From: the human T2T-CHM13v2.0 reference genome, Homo sapiens
Reading direction: 5' to 3' (one strand)
NCBI RefSeq assembly: GCF_009914755.1
Contig: NC_060937.1
DNA: 64,000 nucleotides
A program made the translations under genes and the position numbers. How positions within the stretch are numbered: position 1 is the first letter of the stretch; every line of letters begins with the position of its first letter. The notes under the pieces are model-generated. The model did no database searches and was not told where the DNA came from. It worked only from the letters and a program-made list of their open reading frames with translations. This document shows positions 1 to 21,660 of the stretch, piece after piece.

Positions 1-238
1 GGGAGTTAAATAATGCAAACTCATGGACACATAGAGGGAAACAACACACAGTGGGGTCTAATGGAGGGTGGAGGGTGAGAAGAGGGAGAGGATCAAGACA
101 ACTAATGGATACTAGGTTTAATACCTGGGTGATGAAATAGTCTGTACAACAAAACCCCATGACACACGTTTATGTATGTAACAAACCTGCACATGTACCC
201 GTGAACTTAAAATAAAAGTTTTAAATAAATAAATAAAT
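1..238 (+). mobile_element. 3' end of an older primate L1 (L1PA13-16/L1PB-like) with (TAAA)n tail
   Basis: L1 3'UTR motifs (ctcatggacacatagagggg, aatacctgggtgatgaaat, acaaacctgcacatgtaccc) then AATAAA and an A-rich tail; cut by window edge. Confidence 0.85.
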
Positions 239-244
239 ACCTGG

Positions 245-615
245 TGTATTAGTTCTCACGCTGCTATGAAGAAATGCCCAGACTGTGTAATTTATAAAGG
301 AAAGAGGTTTAATTGACTCACAGTTCCACGTGGCTCGGGAGGCCTCAGGAAACTTACAATCATGGCAGGAGGGGAAGCAAACACGTCCCTCTTCACATGA
401 TGGCAGGAAGAAGTGCAGAGTGAAGGCTGGGGAAAGCCCCTTATAAAACCATCAGCTCTTGTGAGAACTCACTCATTATCATGAGAACAGCAGCATGGGG
501 GTAACGGCCTTCATGATTAAATTACCTCCCACCAAATCCCTCCCATGACCTGTGGGGATTATGGGAACTACAATTCAAGATGAGATTTGGGTGGAGACAC
601 ACCCAAGCCGTATCA
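245..615 (-). mobile_element. MaLR solo LTR (THE1D/MSTA-like)
   Basis: TGTATTAG...TATCA termini, gaggtttaattgactcacagttcc core, 5-bp TSD CCTGG at 240-244 and 616-620. Confidence 0.9.
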
Positions 616-1640
616 CCTGGCTTTGAGGTGACTCCACAGCAGGGAAGGAGGTTTCTGGGGCAGCGGGAAGGAAAGAAGCAAGGAGGAGGAAACAGAAGGG
701 GAGAATACACACGGTCTTGGCAATTGAGAAGCTGGATGACAATTTAAAATAGCTGCATGTATTCCCCACAACAAGGGATGGGGGTCCCACTGGAATACAG
801 GACACTTTCAAAAGATCAAGTTGATCAAGTTTTCCCACAATCTGCCTTTAAAAACAGGCAGGCTTGAATGCCCAGAACATGGAAAATCACAATAAAATGC
901 ATGTGAAAAGTAAATAAAGGCGATTGTGGGTGTCCCACCTTTTACAGAGTAACGGCGCTTCCTTTAGTTTCTATGCCCCTTGTCCCGCTTCCTCGGAGCA
1001 CAGCACACTGCCTTACAGCGTGCGTCTCTGTGGGAGGCTTATCACGTGCTCCCTCGTCATCTCCCTAAGGAAGGACTGGTTAAATAGCATGCGACCCAGA
1101 GCTGGGCCACCCAGAAGCTTGCCTTCTCCTTCACAGCCATTCTCATATAATGGTCCAGATTTGGTGTTTGACTCTTGTCCCCACGTTTGTCTGAACTCCT
1201 TACAATACCTGAAAGCTTCAACCTCCTTGTGTCCATGAAAACGGGCATAGAAGACTCGGATGGCTGTCGGAAGAATCAGGCGTCACAGTAATACAAAGCA
1301 CTTAGCCCTTAGCTGCTGGAGAAACCGGGCTCAGGCACATGACCTTACCTATAGCCACACCTGCACATTCAGGTTTCCAGCTGAGAAAAGAGGAGGAAGG
1401 AAAGATGGAAACCGAGCAAGAGCACAGTGACAGAACCTTAGAGCTAGCGGGAGAGTCCAGAAAGTAAACAGTACACAAAGAAGCGCACTGCTTAGCTTTC
1501 GAGGCGAAGGAATCTGCCTTAGGAAGCGAGTAATGTTCCCAGAATTACAACACACATCTGAATTCTTCCAACCCAAGGCTCTTGCCACTGAAAAGGGAAG
1601 AAGAAAGTGAGATGAGGGAAACTTAAAAAAGAGGAGATGA

Positions 1641-1825
1641 GGCCGGGCGCGGTGGCCCACGCCTGTATTCCCAGCACTCTGGGAGGCCGAGGCGGGTGGA
1701 TCACAAGGTCAGGAGATCGAGACCATCCTGGCGAACACGATGAAACCCCGTCTCTACTAAAAATACAAAAAATTAGCCGGGCGCGGTGGCGGGCGCCTGT
1801 AGTCCCAGCTACTCGGGAGGCTGAG
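1641..1825 (+). mobile_element. AluY-like element, 3'-truncated in the right arm
   Basis: GGCCGGGCGCGG start, CpG-rich, ends abruptly at gggaggctgag; no poly(A) tail or right TSD. Confidence 0.9.
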
Positions 1826-3150
1826 TAGTTCCAAGGCTTCTCAGCAGTATAAGGAAAGGTCTTTCTATACACATTAATTTTAACTCTGACAACAGCTCTG
1901 CAAGGGAGGGATTACAGTTGAGCAAACTCAAGCTCAGATACTTTAATACCCTATTGGAAGTCAGATAATTTGCAAACTGCTGAGTCAGGCCAGTAATCTA
2001 GGTATGCCTGGTACCAATAGATCCTATATGATATCTATCCCCATAGACAATAGCTGAAACTCTGCAGGATAGGGTCGAGCATCTCCTTTTTTAATTCACT
2101 AATATTTTAACTTCACTGAAGAAGAGAACCTAATATTATTATAGTAGCCAACTAATTTGAATTTGTCAGAAAGAAGATGTTACGTAAATATCAAACAGGG
2201 TGATTTCTTACAATAAATCTAGTTGATTTGTTCTTCTGTTTGACACTGTGTCCTTGTACTTAGTTTCCATTTTTTAGTATCTATATGGGGAGAACAACTG
2301 ATAAAATACCAAGTGACTTTTTTCCTGACTTGTTAATGCAAATAATCAATGTTCTTAGCAACAACAACATGATAACTGATTTCCAGGTATAAAACTTCTG
2401 AATAGCTTATGCTTTCCATGACTTCACTGGAATAGGTTTCTGATGATAAAGATTGCCATTTCTTTGTGATCTTTCTCTCAATATCCCTTAGCCCCCCATC
2501 CCCAAGAAGTAAAGGCCCATATAGGGTCCTACCGGCCAGCCTTCTGTCTTTTGCCATCGTGAATACAAATCCAAATGGAACCATATGTTCATACATCCAT
2601 CTTTCCTGCCTCAAAAGATAAAATCCATGCAATGACACAATGTTAAAATTCAAATTAAAAAGTGCACTGTGAGATCCAAGATTTCTCCACGCTAGCAGAG
2701 TTGACGTTTTGTTTTGAGGCCCTCTTGCCCTTAACATTTTTATGACAAATAATCATTTTCTACTTGTTACCAAAACCTTGCTTTGAATCTTTATGTAACC
2801 ATGAACAGCATCACTTCTCCAAGACAGAAGAAGACAAGAAGCAGAACAACTGATAATGTTCTAGATTGGCCCTACCTTATGGGGCATTGCAGAGAGATTA
2901 CTATTATCAGTCATTAGGTTCAGCCAGCTTTGTGCTCTTCCTTTACTGAGTCATTCTCTAACATCACTGGGGAATCACTCCCTCTCTGGAGAACACACTC
3001 CTTGACAATGATGGCATCGCAATTTCTTCTCACTTCCAAACTGAAAAAGAAACGAGTCCCTTTACAAGCAAAGACTCTTGACACATTTTTTTGTTGTTGT
3101 TGCTTCTGTAACTCAAGAAGTTTTCTTGTCCATGACAAAGTATGAAATAA

Positions 3151-3607
<457 letters not shown>

Positions 3608-4329
3608 TCAAGTTCTAGTTTTTAATGCAAGTTATCCAAACGTTTAATTTTTCTTTTTTGCATCTCCCTCCTGTCAAAATGCATCCAGGCTCAATCCCCG
3701 AACACTGACTTCTTACAGGATCTTATCCAAAATCCTAGTGTTGAATACTATCTATGTCTATGTGTTGCTGACTTCAAAATTCACATTTCTGTCTAAACTC
3801 CAAATTCTATGATCACCTTCTTAGTCGACATCTCCCTTTAGGTTTCCGATAAACATCTACAACTTAATATATCAAAACAAGTTTTCTGAATCTGAACATT
3901 CAATGAATATTCGATAATATTAGGAAATAATAGTTCATTTCTTGGAGATGACAGTATTGTGCTTGTTTTAAAAATATTTCCTATAATATAAAATAAATGA
4001 TAAAAGTAAATCATTCAAAGTCTGAGATTTGCTTAAATAGCCCCATGGTGGTGGTGCTGGTGTGGAAGGGAGAGGAAGGAGAATCAAATTAAAGTACAGA
4101 CGAAACAAGAATCTCAGGGACTTGATGCTTACTATTTCTGGGTGATGATTTTGTGGAAAGTTTTTGTACTGTTCTTTCTAATTTTGCTTATGTTTACATT
4201 TTTCCCTAATTAAAAAAAAACAGCCCCCTCCCCTTCTGAATAAAGGCATCATCATTAACTCAGCTGCTGTGAATCAAAATCTTGGAATCATTGTTGCCCG
4301 ATCTTTTCTCTCACAGGTGCACAGACTCT

Positions 4330-4700
4330 GAGTTGAGAGTGTGTCAGGCATGTCTGGGGAACAGCAAAAAGGCTGAAGTGCTGTAGCCATTGGAAGTGGG
4401 GTCAGAGAGATGTCCAAATGATTTCTACACAGGGCCTAAGAGGCCACAGTAAGCATTTGTGTTTTATTTTGCATTTTACTCTGTGTATGCTACAAAAATT
4501 ACTGGACAATTTTGATGAGAAATGCAAAACACTGAGATTTACATTTGACTAACATCGCCACGAGTGGTGTTTGAATAATAGATGATAAGGGGCCAAGAAT
4601 GGGAGAGGAAAGGCAACCAGAAGCAATTTCACTAGTACAGGTGGGTGGTGGTCATTCAAAACAGTGCTTCAGTGGAAGTAAGGGGGACTTGATTTCAAAG
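4330..4700. mobile_element. Degenerate L2-like fragment
   Basis: Weak resemblance to recalled L2 consensus (ggcatgtctggggaacagcaaaaaggctg); boundaries approximate. Confidence 0.4.
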
Positions 4701-4721
4701 GTATGGCTGACATGATTTTCT

Positions 4722-4845
4722 TTATATATATATATATTTTTATTATACTTGAAGTTCTAGGGTACACGTGCACAACGTGCAGGTTTGTTACATATGTATA
4801 CATGTGCCATGTTGGTGTGCTGCACCCATTAGCTCGTCATTTACA
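4722..4845 (-). mobile_element. Very short 5'-truncated young L1PA (about PA3-PA5) 3' end
   Basis: ttattatacttgaagttctagggtaca...ctcgtcatttaca is the reverse complement of the L1PA 3' terminus; tail decayed to (TA)n; TSD ACATGATTTTCT at 4710-4721 and 4843-4854. Confidence 0.9.
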
Positions 4846-6047
4846 TGATTTTCTAATGTATGACTAAGTGTAAATTGACAGTACTGGATTAAAAATTGTC
4901 CTGTAGCCCTAAAATGCCATGGATGTCCCCAGTCCTGTAAGATGCGGGGATTGTATGCACCGTTGCTTCTGTGCCTTCCAGGAGTCACCTTCTTGCAGTG
5001 TACATGGCAGAAAGAGCACAGCCTTCAGAGTCAGAGAAGATAGGCTAGAATTGGTGTGGGTCATGCAGTGTGCCCCACAGAGCCACATGAAAATGAAAGG
5101 GAACAGCGTGAAAATCTGTGTCCAATGCAACATAGCAAGGGGCCTTAACGAAAACCCCCCTTTCCTCTCCAAAATGCCTGCCCCTTACAAGGGGCACTCT
5201 CCTGTGTCACTGCCCTGCCATGAGATGTCAGCCTTCCTTCCTCACATGTTCTTTGACTCCATGCATAAGATTTCCACAATGGAACCTCCCTTTCTTGCCC
5301 TCTAGGCTGCATGTTTTTGTAGATGAGAGCTCGGTTTCCAAATCAGAGTTTGCAGAGGGGTGACCCTTACGTGGGGACTAAATTGATAATGTCTTTAGTT
5401 TAAAATTTCAGGCCTTTATTACCTGATTTTATCATATCTAGGTCAGGTTTTCTCATATAGTGTCAGTCTTGCCTTGACATTTTGATGAAACTTCTAAATT
5501 CAGAATCAATAACATACAATAAAGCTTTTATCTGTGCATATGTAAATAATTTATATTTCTCTGTATTTTTCCCTCATTTCTTCCTTCTTGGTAAGCATTA
5601 ATTACTGTTTTGCAATCTCATGTATATCTAGATAAGCAAAAAAAGGGGTAGGAGAAACTGAGTTAACAATTCATATTTTCATAAAATATTGACTGATTGC
5701 TACCTTCATCTTACTAATATTGGATACATATCATTTGGCGGTGAGCACCACAGAATTTTTCTTGGGAAAGTTCAGTCTCTTTTTAGCTTATCACTCAATA
5801 TCTCATTGAAGAGATATTTAGGTAAAATTAGCTAAAAATCCTTAAGTTATTAATGTAATGTCAGCGAAGTTTTGGAAATTATGCAGGTTAGACAGCTGAC
5901 TTCCACCCATGCACAATGACATCTAGCTAGATCCTCAAAATCTAGTACGAAAAAGGACAAACGGATGTTTACACAGGATAGCGACAAAGATAATAGAATG
6001 AGCACACCAATAAAATCCACCACACCAAAGGTAAAGAATTTTTTTCC

Positions 6048-6345
6048 GGGGCAGGTGCGGTGACTCACACTTGTAATCCCAGCTCTTTGGGAGGCTGAGG
6101 CGGGCGGATCACGAGGGCAGGAGATCGAGACCATCCTGGCTAACAAGGTGAAACCCCATCTCTACTAAAAATACAAAAAATTACCTGGGAGTGGTGGTGG
6201 GTGCCTGTAGTCCAAGCTACTTGGGAGACTGAGGCAGGAGAATGGCGTGAACCTGAGAGGCAGAGCTTGCAGTGAGCCGAGATTGCGCCACTGCCCTCTA
6301 GCCTGGGCGACAGAGCAAGACTCCGTCTCAAAAAAAAAAAAAAAA
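6048..6345 (+). mobile_element. AluY/Sc-like, full length
   Basis: Dimeric Alu, A tail, TSD AAAGAATTTT(T/G)TTT on both sides. Confidence 0.92.
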
Positions 6346-6949
6346 AGAATTTTGTTTCTGTGCTTCCTATTTATTTACCTGTCTTCCTTCAGTGGGCCTT
6401 GTGGGAAAGAAATTCCTTCTTCAGTGTTCTATTTAAAGTTGAATTGTCAATCAATACGCAATCAATTGCCACCTTCTTCTGCACCATCTCTTCTCTAATT
6501 TCCAAGTTGTAAAATACTTTCAAGTATTTAATGCTAAGTATTCCAATTTTATCCACTTGTTGCAATTATTATTTTATTTTTATTGCTAAGTAACAATACC
6601 CTCAATCACAAAACTATCAATTTATGCATCTTACACTTTTTACACATGCACAAAATGCACGTGACATCAAACTCCACCCTATAGCACTTTCTGGAGGTGA
6701 GGACCAGCCTTGGATATATGTGAACTAGGGAAGGCCATCCCTGTTGCTTCACTCTCACTGTCCCCTCTAAGTTGTGTTTTTATTCCACTCCAACTAATTC
6801 TCCCCACTTTGATAAAGCGAGGCTCAGCTGTGATAATGAAGAGTCCCAAAAGGTTAATGGTGCCACACAACAAAGTAGTTGAAAAAATGGTCTAAAATTG
6901 ATATTCCCAGGCACCAGACATCTTTCCCTGATGTTAATTCAGGGTCCAG

Positions 6950-7200
6950 TTTCCTTGCATCTGTGTCTCCTCTAGGGAGCAGGAGGGAAAAGGAATCGAA
7001 AATGAAGTCCGCTTCTTAAAAGTCTTGGTTTGGAAATGCTACACACTCCTTCTGTTAACATTCTATTGGAGAGCTAGTGACATGGCCAAACCTGCAGGCT
7101 GAGGGGCTGGGAATTGTGGACCATGGGGGCAGCTGCCCCCAGCCACAACACTAAAGGATGGATGGGTCATGGATGGCAGTGCAGCCAGCCATTCCTGCCA
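6950..7200. mobile_element. Old MaLR LTR fragment (MLT1-like)
   Basis: cattctattggagagctagtgacatggcc...ggctgggaattgt resembles MLT1J/K; approximate. Confidence 0.45.
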
Positions 7201-8399
7201 CATCATCTGTTCATGCATCAAATCATCATAATGAAATATTAGCAGCTCAAAACTGTGTATGAAGAATTCCATACCGATAGTCACACTCTAAGTTTGAAAT
7301 AAAAGTGTGAACACGCTAATAAAACCTTACAGCAGTTCACATTTAGTAATTCTATATGATACAGTTTCTTCCGTTTCCTACGTGAACAACTAGCTTATTC
7401 ATCACGTAATACTAAAGCTTAGAATATTAACACAGACATTTCAGGTTCCAGAGAAAACATCCCTTTCATCACAGTTATAGCCCAATTCTAATGAGCATGT
7501 AATTTTCTGTGATAAAAGTGGGAGGAGAGTGCTATTGTGAGCCCCGAATGGGAAGCAAAGGTGGCCTTCAGATAATGCTGTTGCTCAGAGCCATGTGCAA
7601 ACATCCCAGCTCAGGGAGTCAAAACATCTTGGCATACATTATACAAAAAGCAACACAATGATAATCTCATGTTGAAATACTCAGCTTTGAAGCTCATAAC
7701 AAACGAGAACAAATTTCATTTCCTTTTGTGTCTTTCTTATTTTCATTTGTTGACATGAAAAACCTCACCTCAAATGTGATTATTTAAAAGAAATGGAAAT
7801 TTTTTAAAACACGAATTCCCCACAATGTGAATTTACAATCTGCACCTTAAAAAGTCAGGCACACTGTGAATTTCAGTGGGCATCAGAGCTTTGTCTCATT
7901 TTTATTGGAATAACTACAAGTTCTAAAGTCCAAGTAGTCTCAAGACTGTAATATTTATTTCACAAAAGAACCTGTACAATGTATTTTCCTTCAGTCATTT
8001 TAAAAAGTTTTAAACTACTTGCAAAATATCTTTAACATCATATCTTAATGGCACTTTAAATATTTTCAGCAATAAAACAGGATCTAACTATGTGACATTT
8101 TCACTTTAAATATTCTGTGAGAAAGAACATTTTACTGGTACATAATAATATAAAACTGGAGTTTTCTCTTTCCTTATATCAGGGGTTAAAATTGTACAGT
8201 ATTGTACAGAGAACATTTAAAAATACGTAACTCTAAGTCCTATCTCCAGAGTTTCTCATTTAGTAGGGGTTTTTGGTTTTGTTTTTGTTTTTGCAGGGCC
8301 TAAGAATTTGCATTTTATTTAACTCACACATCAGGAAATTCTGACGTAACCAGGCCACATGTTTGTGAATTACTGATAAGGAATTTGAGAGATTTAGAA

Positions 8400-8550
8400 C
8401 AGTGCTTCTAAAACTTTATTGTGCATACAGATATCAATGATCTTGCTGCAAAGTTGATTCTATTCAGAAGGCCTGGAGTGGAACTGAGGTTCTGTATTTT
8501 TAACAAGCTCCCAGGTAACCTCATGCAGCTGGTCCACGGATCACAACCAG
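8400..8550. mobile_element. MER5-type hAT-Charlie MITE
   Basis: cagtgcttctaaaact ... tttttaacaagctcccaggt ... gctggtccacggatcaca. Confidence 0.7.
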
Positions 8551-9821
8551 AGTGCCAAAGATGGAGGCTCCCTAAAAGATAGGGTGAGTTAGGTGGCTGT
8601 GGATGTTAATATAATGGTTTTCAAACAGGAATGACTGTCTTTGAGTGCGTTAGGACTCCAGCAAAGAAGTCACACACTCTAAATCACCCTTTGCCAAAAA
8701 GAAATATTTGTAGAAGGAAGAACAGTAAGTGCTCCCTTAGCAAAATGTTTCATCATTAAGTCTGGTTCTTTTTCCTATATAACAAATCTTTAAGAATTCT
8801 CAGGGTGGACCAGGGGAGAAGCATATGCTCACTGTTCAGTCAAATTAAGAGAAAACTCTGACCCTGCATCCCACGGCACTGACTTTACCCCACCCAACAC
8901 AGCACCATCTCACTCCATTCGCGTGCTCCCAGGTAGTCCTAAGAGGCTCATTTAGATCATTGGATGAGAGCATGGATGATGAGGCTGGGTGCATATTTCA
9001 GCAGCAGCATTGACTGAGTGAGTTTGTTCAAGTTACATGCCTTTTCCAGATCTCAGATTTCCCACCTGAAACATGGAGACAGCATCTGCTTCAAAGGATT
9101 TTTGTAAACATCACAGGAGAACACACAGTATCTTGCACATAGTGGAGCTCCAAAAATGTTAGATGTGATTATTATCACTAAAGGCCAATGAAGAGCTAGA
9201 AAAAACAGAAAAAATATTCAACTAACGGGATAAAACAGAAAGAAAACCAAGTGTAAATGTCTAAAGCAAGTAGATACGAATTAAAAGGTAGGTAGGTGAT
9301 GCCATATACCAAGGCTTTATTCTCCTAGGGTGTACTCATTTTAATTCCTGAAGGACAGAAAACAAATAGCCACCAAACAAGTAGCCCTGTCTCCATCTTG
9401 CTTTTTCTCTAATGTATTTGCCACACTGGAGCCAGATAGAATCTTCCAGCATGCCAAACCGAATGCATCATTCCCCTTTAAAAAGCCCTCTTTGACTTAT
9501 TGCCTTTAGGATAAAAGTAAAAATCTTCAACAATGCCTGTTGATGCTCTTCCTTTTGTCTAGGAACCTCTTTCTCCACCCTTCCTCACCAATCTCTATTC
9601 CCAATCTAAATATTCTTCCTCTAGGAAGTGTTTTTCAAGCTCTATGTTTCTGGAATCCAAATATTTTCACACTTTATTGCAATTTATATGAAAATGTCTA
9701 GTGTTTTCATCTAAGTCCATAAGAACAATGAAGGCAAACATTTTTACTGTCTTAATCATTATTTACTACACAGCAGCTATGTCGTGCCTGGTACACAGTT
9801 GGTTCTTAATAAATATTTGTT

Positions 9822-17380
<7,559 letters not shown>

Positions 17381-18553
17381 TAAATAAATATTTTTGAAAA
17401 ATATATATATCGCTCACTTTTAATGAACTCTTGTGAAGAAAAATCTCTTTGATGTTTTTAAAAATCCCTTCTGTGATTCACACTGAAACCACCGCCTTTG
17501 TGTTTCCTACAAACCTTGCTACTTGATAGCTTTATACCTCAATTTATGCAATTTATATAAGCCATACTTTCACAGATTATAATTATTTTTCCTCCTTGTT
17601 ACTTTTCATTTACAAATGAGAACTCAATATTTGAGTTCTTAGCACATGGAAATATAACAAAAGTAAAACCTTTTTCTTATAAATTATTGGGTTTTCATAG
17701 GAAAAGGGGCACTTCAGTGCAGCTTAGAGAAAGGGATAAAATATAAGGTACATTTTGGTGAATAGTGAATACAGATGTTGCTAGAAACAATAATATATCC
17801 ACTGATATGGCAAAAATATAAGTTGAATTGTAACTTGGGCTTTCCCAGGCTATATGGGAGAACAACCAAAGACAGCAGGGCAAATACTCCTCTTTTCTGC
17901 CCCACAACCCTCCCAGCCCTCGGAAAACAAGCCGAGATGGCTAGGGCATCCCTTTCCTTGGGGGTAGCCCAACTCCACTTAGCCTTGGGGAGCCTTCCTC
18001 ACCCGGTGTTGCCAGTGGTGATGCTGTTGCTCACCAGTTTGATCCTATTGCTAGTCTGTGATCTCACTCCAGCTTTCGATTTTCTCATTAGTTGGTGAAT
18101 TCCACTCTTCCTGTCAGTCAGTGAATGACCAAACATTTACTAATCTCTGTGCCAGTCACCAGGCTGTGGAAATGCAGTGTGAGGGAAGTAAGGTGTGCCC
18201 GTTCTCACAGTCCCTGAGATGTGGAGAACACCCGTTCTCATTGGAGTAGGGAGGACCTTGTTTCCAACAGTTACAAATACATCATTGATGCCAATCAATC
18301 AGGTGGCCTGAATTCTTCTCTTCCCTATAGTCCCTTCTTATAAAGACTGAGTGGCCTGGGGCTGGATCACCTCCCAGGAGGTCACCAGATAATCTCCCCA
18401 CCGTAGCTGAAGACCAACCTGTACCCCAGGGTCCATGCCACGCTCTCTACTTTTTTATTCAGGGTGAGTTCTCCTCCCCCAGGAACCCATCAGGGAGACT
18501 CTGAATTGCTTTGATCCTTGGTCCCGTCCATGAGATTTAGCTTTGCTGAGTTA

Positions 18554-18928
<375 letters not shown>

Positions 18929-18970
18929 AAACGAATATTGAAACAGCAATACCAGAAGGAAATTCATCCT

Positions 18971-18989
18971 CAGCCACGAGGTGGCGACA
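18971..18989 (+). promoter_or_regulatory. Candidate CTCF-binding site
   Basis: CAGCCACGAGGTGGCGACA closely matches the CTCF core CCACNAGRKGGCR; two CpGs retained. Confidence 0.6.
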
Positions 18990-19474
18990 GTGAGAAACTG
19001 TCAAAGAAAAGGCCTCTGTTCTTCCCTCACCCCCCAACCGCCCTCCCGTCTTGTGTTAATAAATTTAGTTATTCTTCTCTAGATGCCTTTTTCCAGCACC
19101 AGAAACCTAAAACTGGGTTAATTATTCCATAAGTAATAATATTTCTTTTGTATCTATTTCCTCACTAGCCTAAATTGTAAAAAATTGTATTTTCAAAGAA
19201 CTGAAGAAATGGGTTTATATATTTTACTGATCTAATTAAGTCCAATGTAAATACCTTTGTAATGCATGCCCCAGTTTGAAAGTATGCTTTATTATTCTTG
19301 AATGTTTGGGGCTTGAAGAAACTCTGCCTGTAACGACTTAATATTAAAGGAAAACAAATTTATCTAAAAGTAGAAACTTTTATTACCAAACAAGGAAGAG
19401 GAAAATGAATGTGAAGACTGTTCCTCCCACATTTGTTTATCAGCCTCCCAGTGCTTCTAATAAAACTACCTAGA

Positions 19475-19635
19475 CTAGGACTTCTCAAGGTTCTCAGTGC
19501 GTAGGAATCACCAGAGGTCTTGTTAAAAGGAGCTTCTGATGCACTGGGCCTGGGGCAGAGCCAGAGATCCTGCATTACTAACTAGCTCCCAGGTGAGGAT
19601 TAGGGCACTGGACCACACACCACAATTTCAGCAGT
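19475..19635. mobile_element. MER5A-like MITE
   Basis: cttctcaagg...gaatcaccagaggtcttgttaaa...gagatcctgcattactaactagctcccaggtga. Confidence 0.65.
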
Positions 19636-19859
19636 AAGGACCTAGAGTACAATTATTTCCAGAATGTTAAGGACAAGAATAATCTGTGCCTATAAATTAC
19701 TAGGTGTCTGATGGCCCCTGGTTGAATCTTAAGTAATTCTAAATTATACTTTGACCTAATATACTTAGTTGAGTTAGTAGGTTGATTAATTTTTGTAAAA
19801 GCAGTCATTTCCTGAAATCAATGTTAGTTCTCTTCCTAAATTGATCCAAAGTATAATAT

Positions 19860-20990
19860 TCTGATTTTCTATTGTTGCATAACAAATGCTCCCAAAACTT
19901 AGTGGCTTCAAGCAACAATGCTTTTATTCTATCTCATGGTTCAGTGGGCCAGAAATTCAGGCAGGCATTGGCTGAGGTCACCCAGTGGTATGCAGCTGGC
20001 AGCTCATCTGGTCTACAGGTCCCAGAGGGCTCAATGTATATGTCTGAAGAGTAGTGACTGGAAGGCTGCACTCATCTGGGCCTCTCTTTATCCCACAGTT
20101 ATGAGGACTCACTAGATGGCCTCTTCATCAGGGCAGTTGGATATCTTACACAATGGTTCAGATCCTAATGAGAGGTGAAGCCAGCTGGGTTTCTGGATTG
20201 GGTGGGGACTTGGAGAACTTTTGTGTCTACCTAAAGCACTGTAAACGCACCAATCAGCACTCTGTAAAAACACACCAATCAGCACTCTGTGCTTAGCTAA
20301 AGGATTGTAAACGCACCAATCAGCACTCTGTAAAATGGACCAATCACCAGAATGTGGGCAGGGCCAAACTAAGGGAATAAAAGCTGGCCACCCGAGAAAG
20401 CAGCCGTAACCTGCTGGGGTCCCCTTCCACGCTGTGGTTGGTTTGTTCTTGCACTCTGTGGAAGCTTTGTTCTTTTGCTCTTCACAATAAATCTTGCTGC
20501 TGCTCTTCTTTGGGTCTGCACTAACTTTGTGATCTGTAACACTCACCGCGAGGGTCTGAGGCTTCATTCCTGAAGTCAGCGGGACCACAAACCCACCCGG
20601 AGGAGCAAACAACTCCGGAAGCACCACCTTTAAGAGCTGTAACACTCACTGCGAAGGTCTGTGGCTTCACTCCTGAAGCCAGCAAGACCACGAACCCACC
20701 AGAATGAAGAAACTCTGGACACATCTGAAGGAACAAACTCTGGACACACCATCTTTAAGAGCTGTAACACTCACCACGAGCGCTGGTGGCTTCATTTTTG
20801 AAGTCAGTGAGACCAAGAACCCACCAGAAGGAATAAATTCCGGACACACTAAGACCAAGCTGCTAGCCTTCACACAGGTGAGCATAGAACTGGAATCATG
20901 TCCTTTACAATATATTCTCTTAGTCAAAGCCTTCATAGTCCAGCCAAGGTCCAGGGAAGGAGAGATGGTCTTGGACTTTTCTCGACGAGA
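19860..20990. mobile_element. Old MLT1-type LTR split by the LTR12 insertion
   Basis: tattgttgcataacaaat...acttagtggctt start; resumes after 20852 (atattctcttagtcaaagc). Confidence 0.6.
20169..20848 (+). mobile_element. LTR12 (HERV9/ERV-9) solo LTR
   Basis: TGAGAGGTGAAGCCAGCTGG...GGACACA termini; CCAATCAGCACTCTG repeats; gtaacactcac U5 repeats; 4-bp TSD CTAA at 20165-20168 and 20849-20852. Confidence 0.93.
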
Positions 20991-21357
20991 ATGCCAAGGG
21001 TGTGCAGTCGTCCTGAATCACCCACAGTGGTTGTAAGACAGCAAATCAGCTTCCCAGAACCTGTGCACATCTGTACACCTCTTGAGAAGAGGAGTAGCAA
21101 GGACTGGAATATTCATATTGATTGTTTTCCTTTAAAAATCTTCAAGTTGAATTTATTTCAATGTCTCTTCCTTTCACTTAGCTATTGTACTAATACTATG
21201 AAACACATTTGGGTTTGTAAATATGCTTGTTACTATTGAGAAATGCACATAACCTCTCAGGGTCTCAGGTTTCCTAGGTCTCTAGATTTTTTTATTTATT
21301 AAATTAAAAGTAAGAATTTACATGATTGCTAAGCCTCCCTAAAACTCCATGATTCCA

Positions 21358-21660
<303 letters not shown>

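Noticed and set aside
17775-18098. 107-aa ORF with a hydrophobic C-terminus
   Set aside because: No promoter, splice or homology support; consistent with chance
20560-20848. Regularly spaced repeats superficially like a CRISPR array
   Set aside because: Standard LTR12 U5 repeats with no unique spacers, in a eukaryotic context
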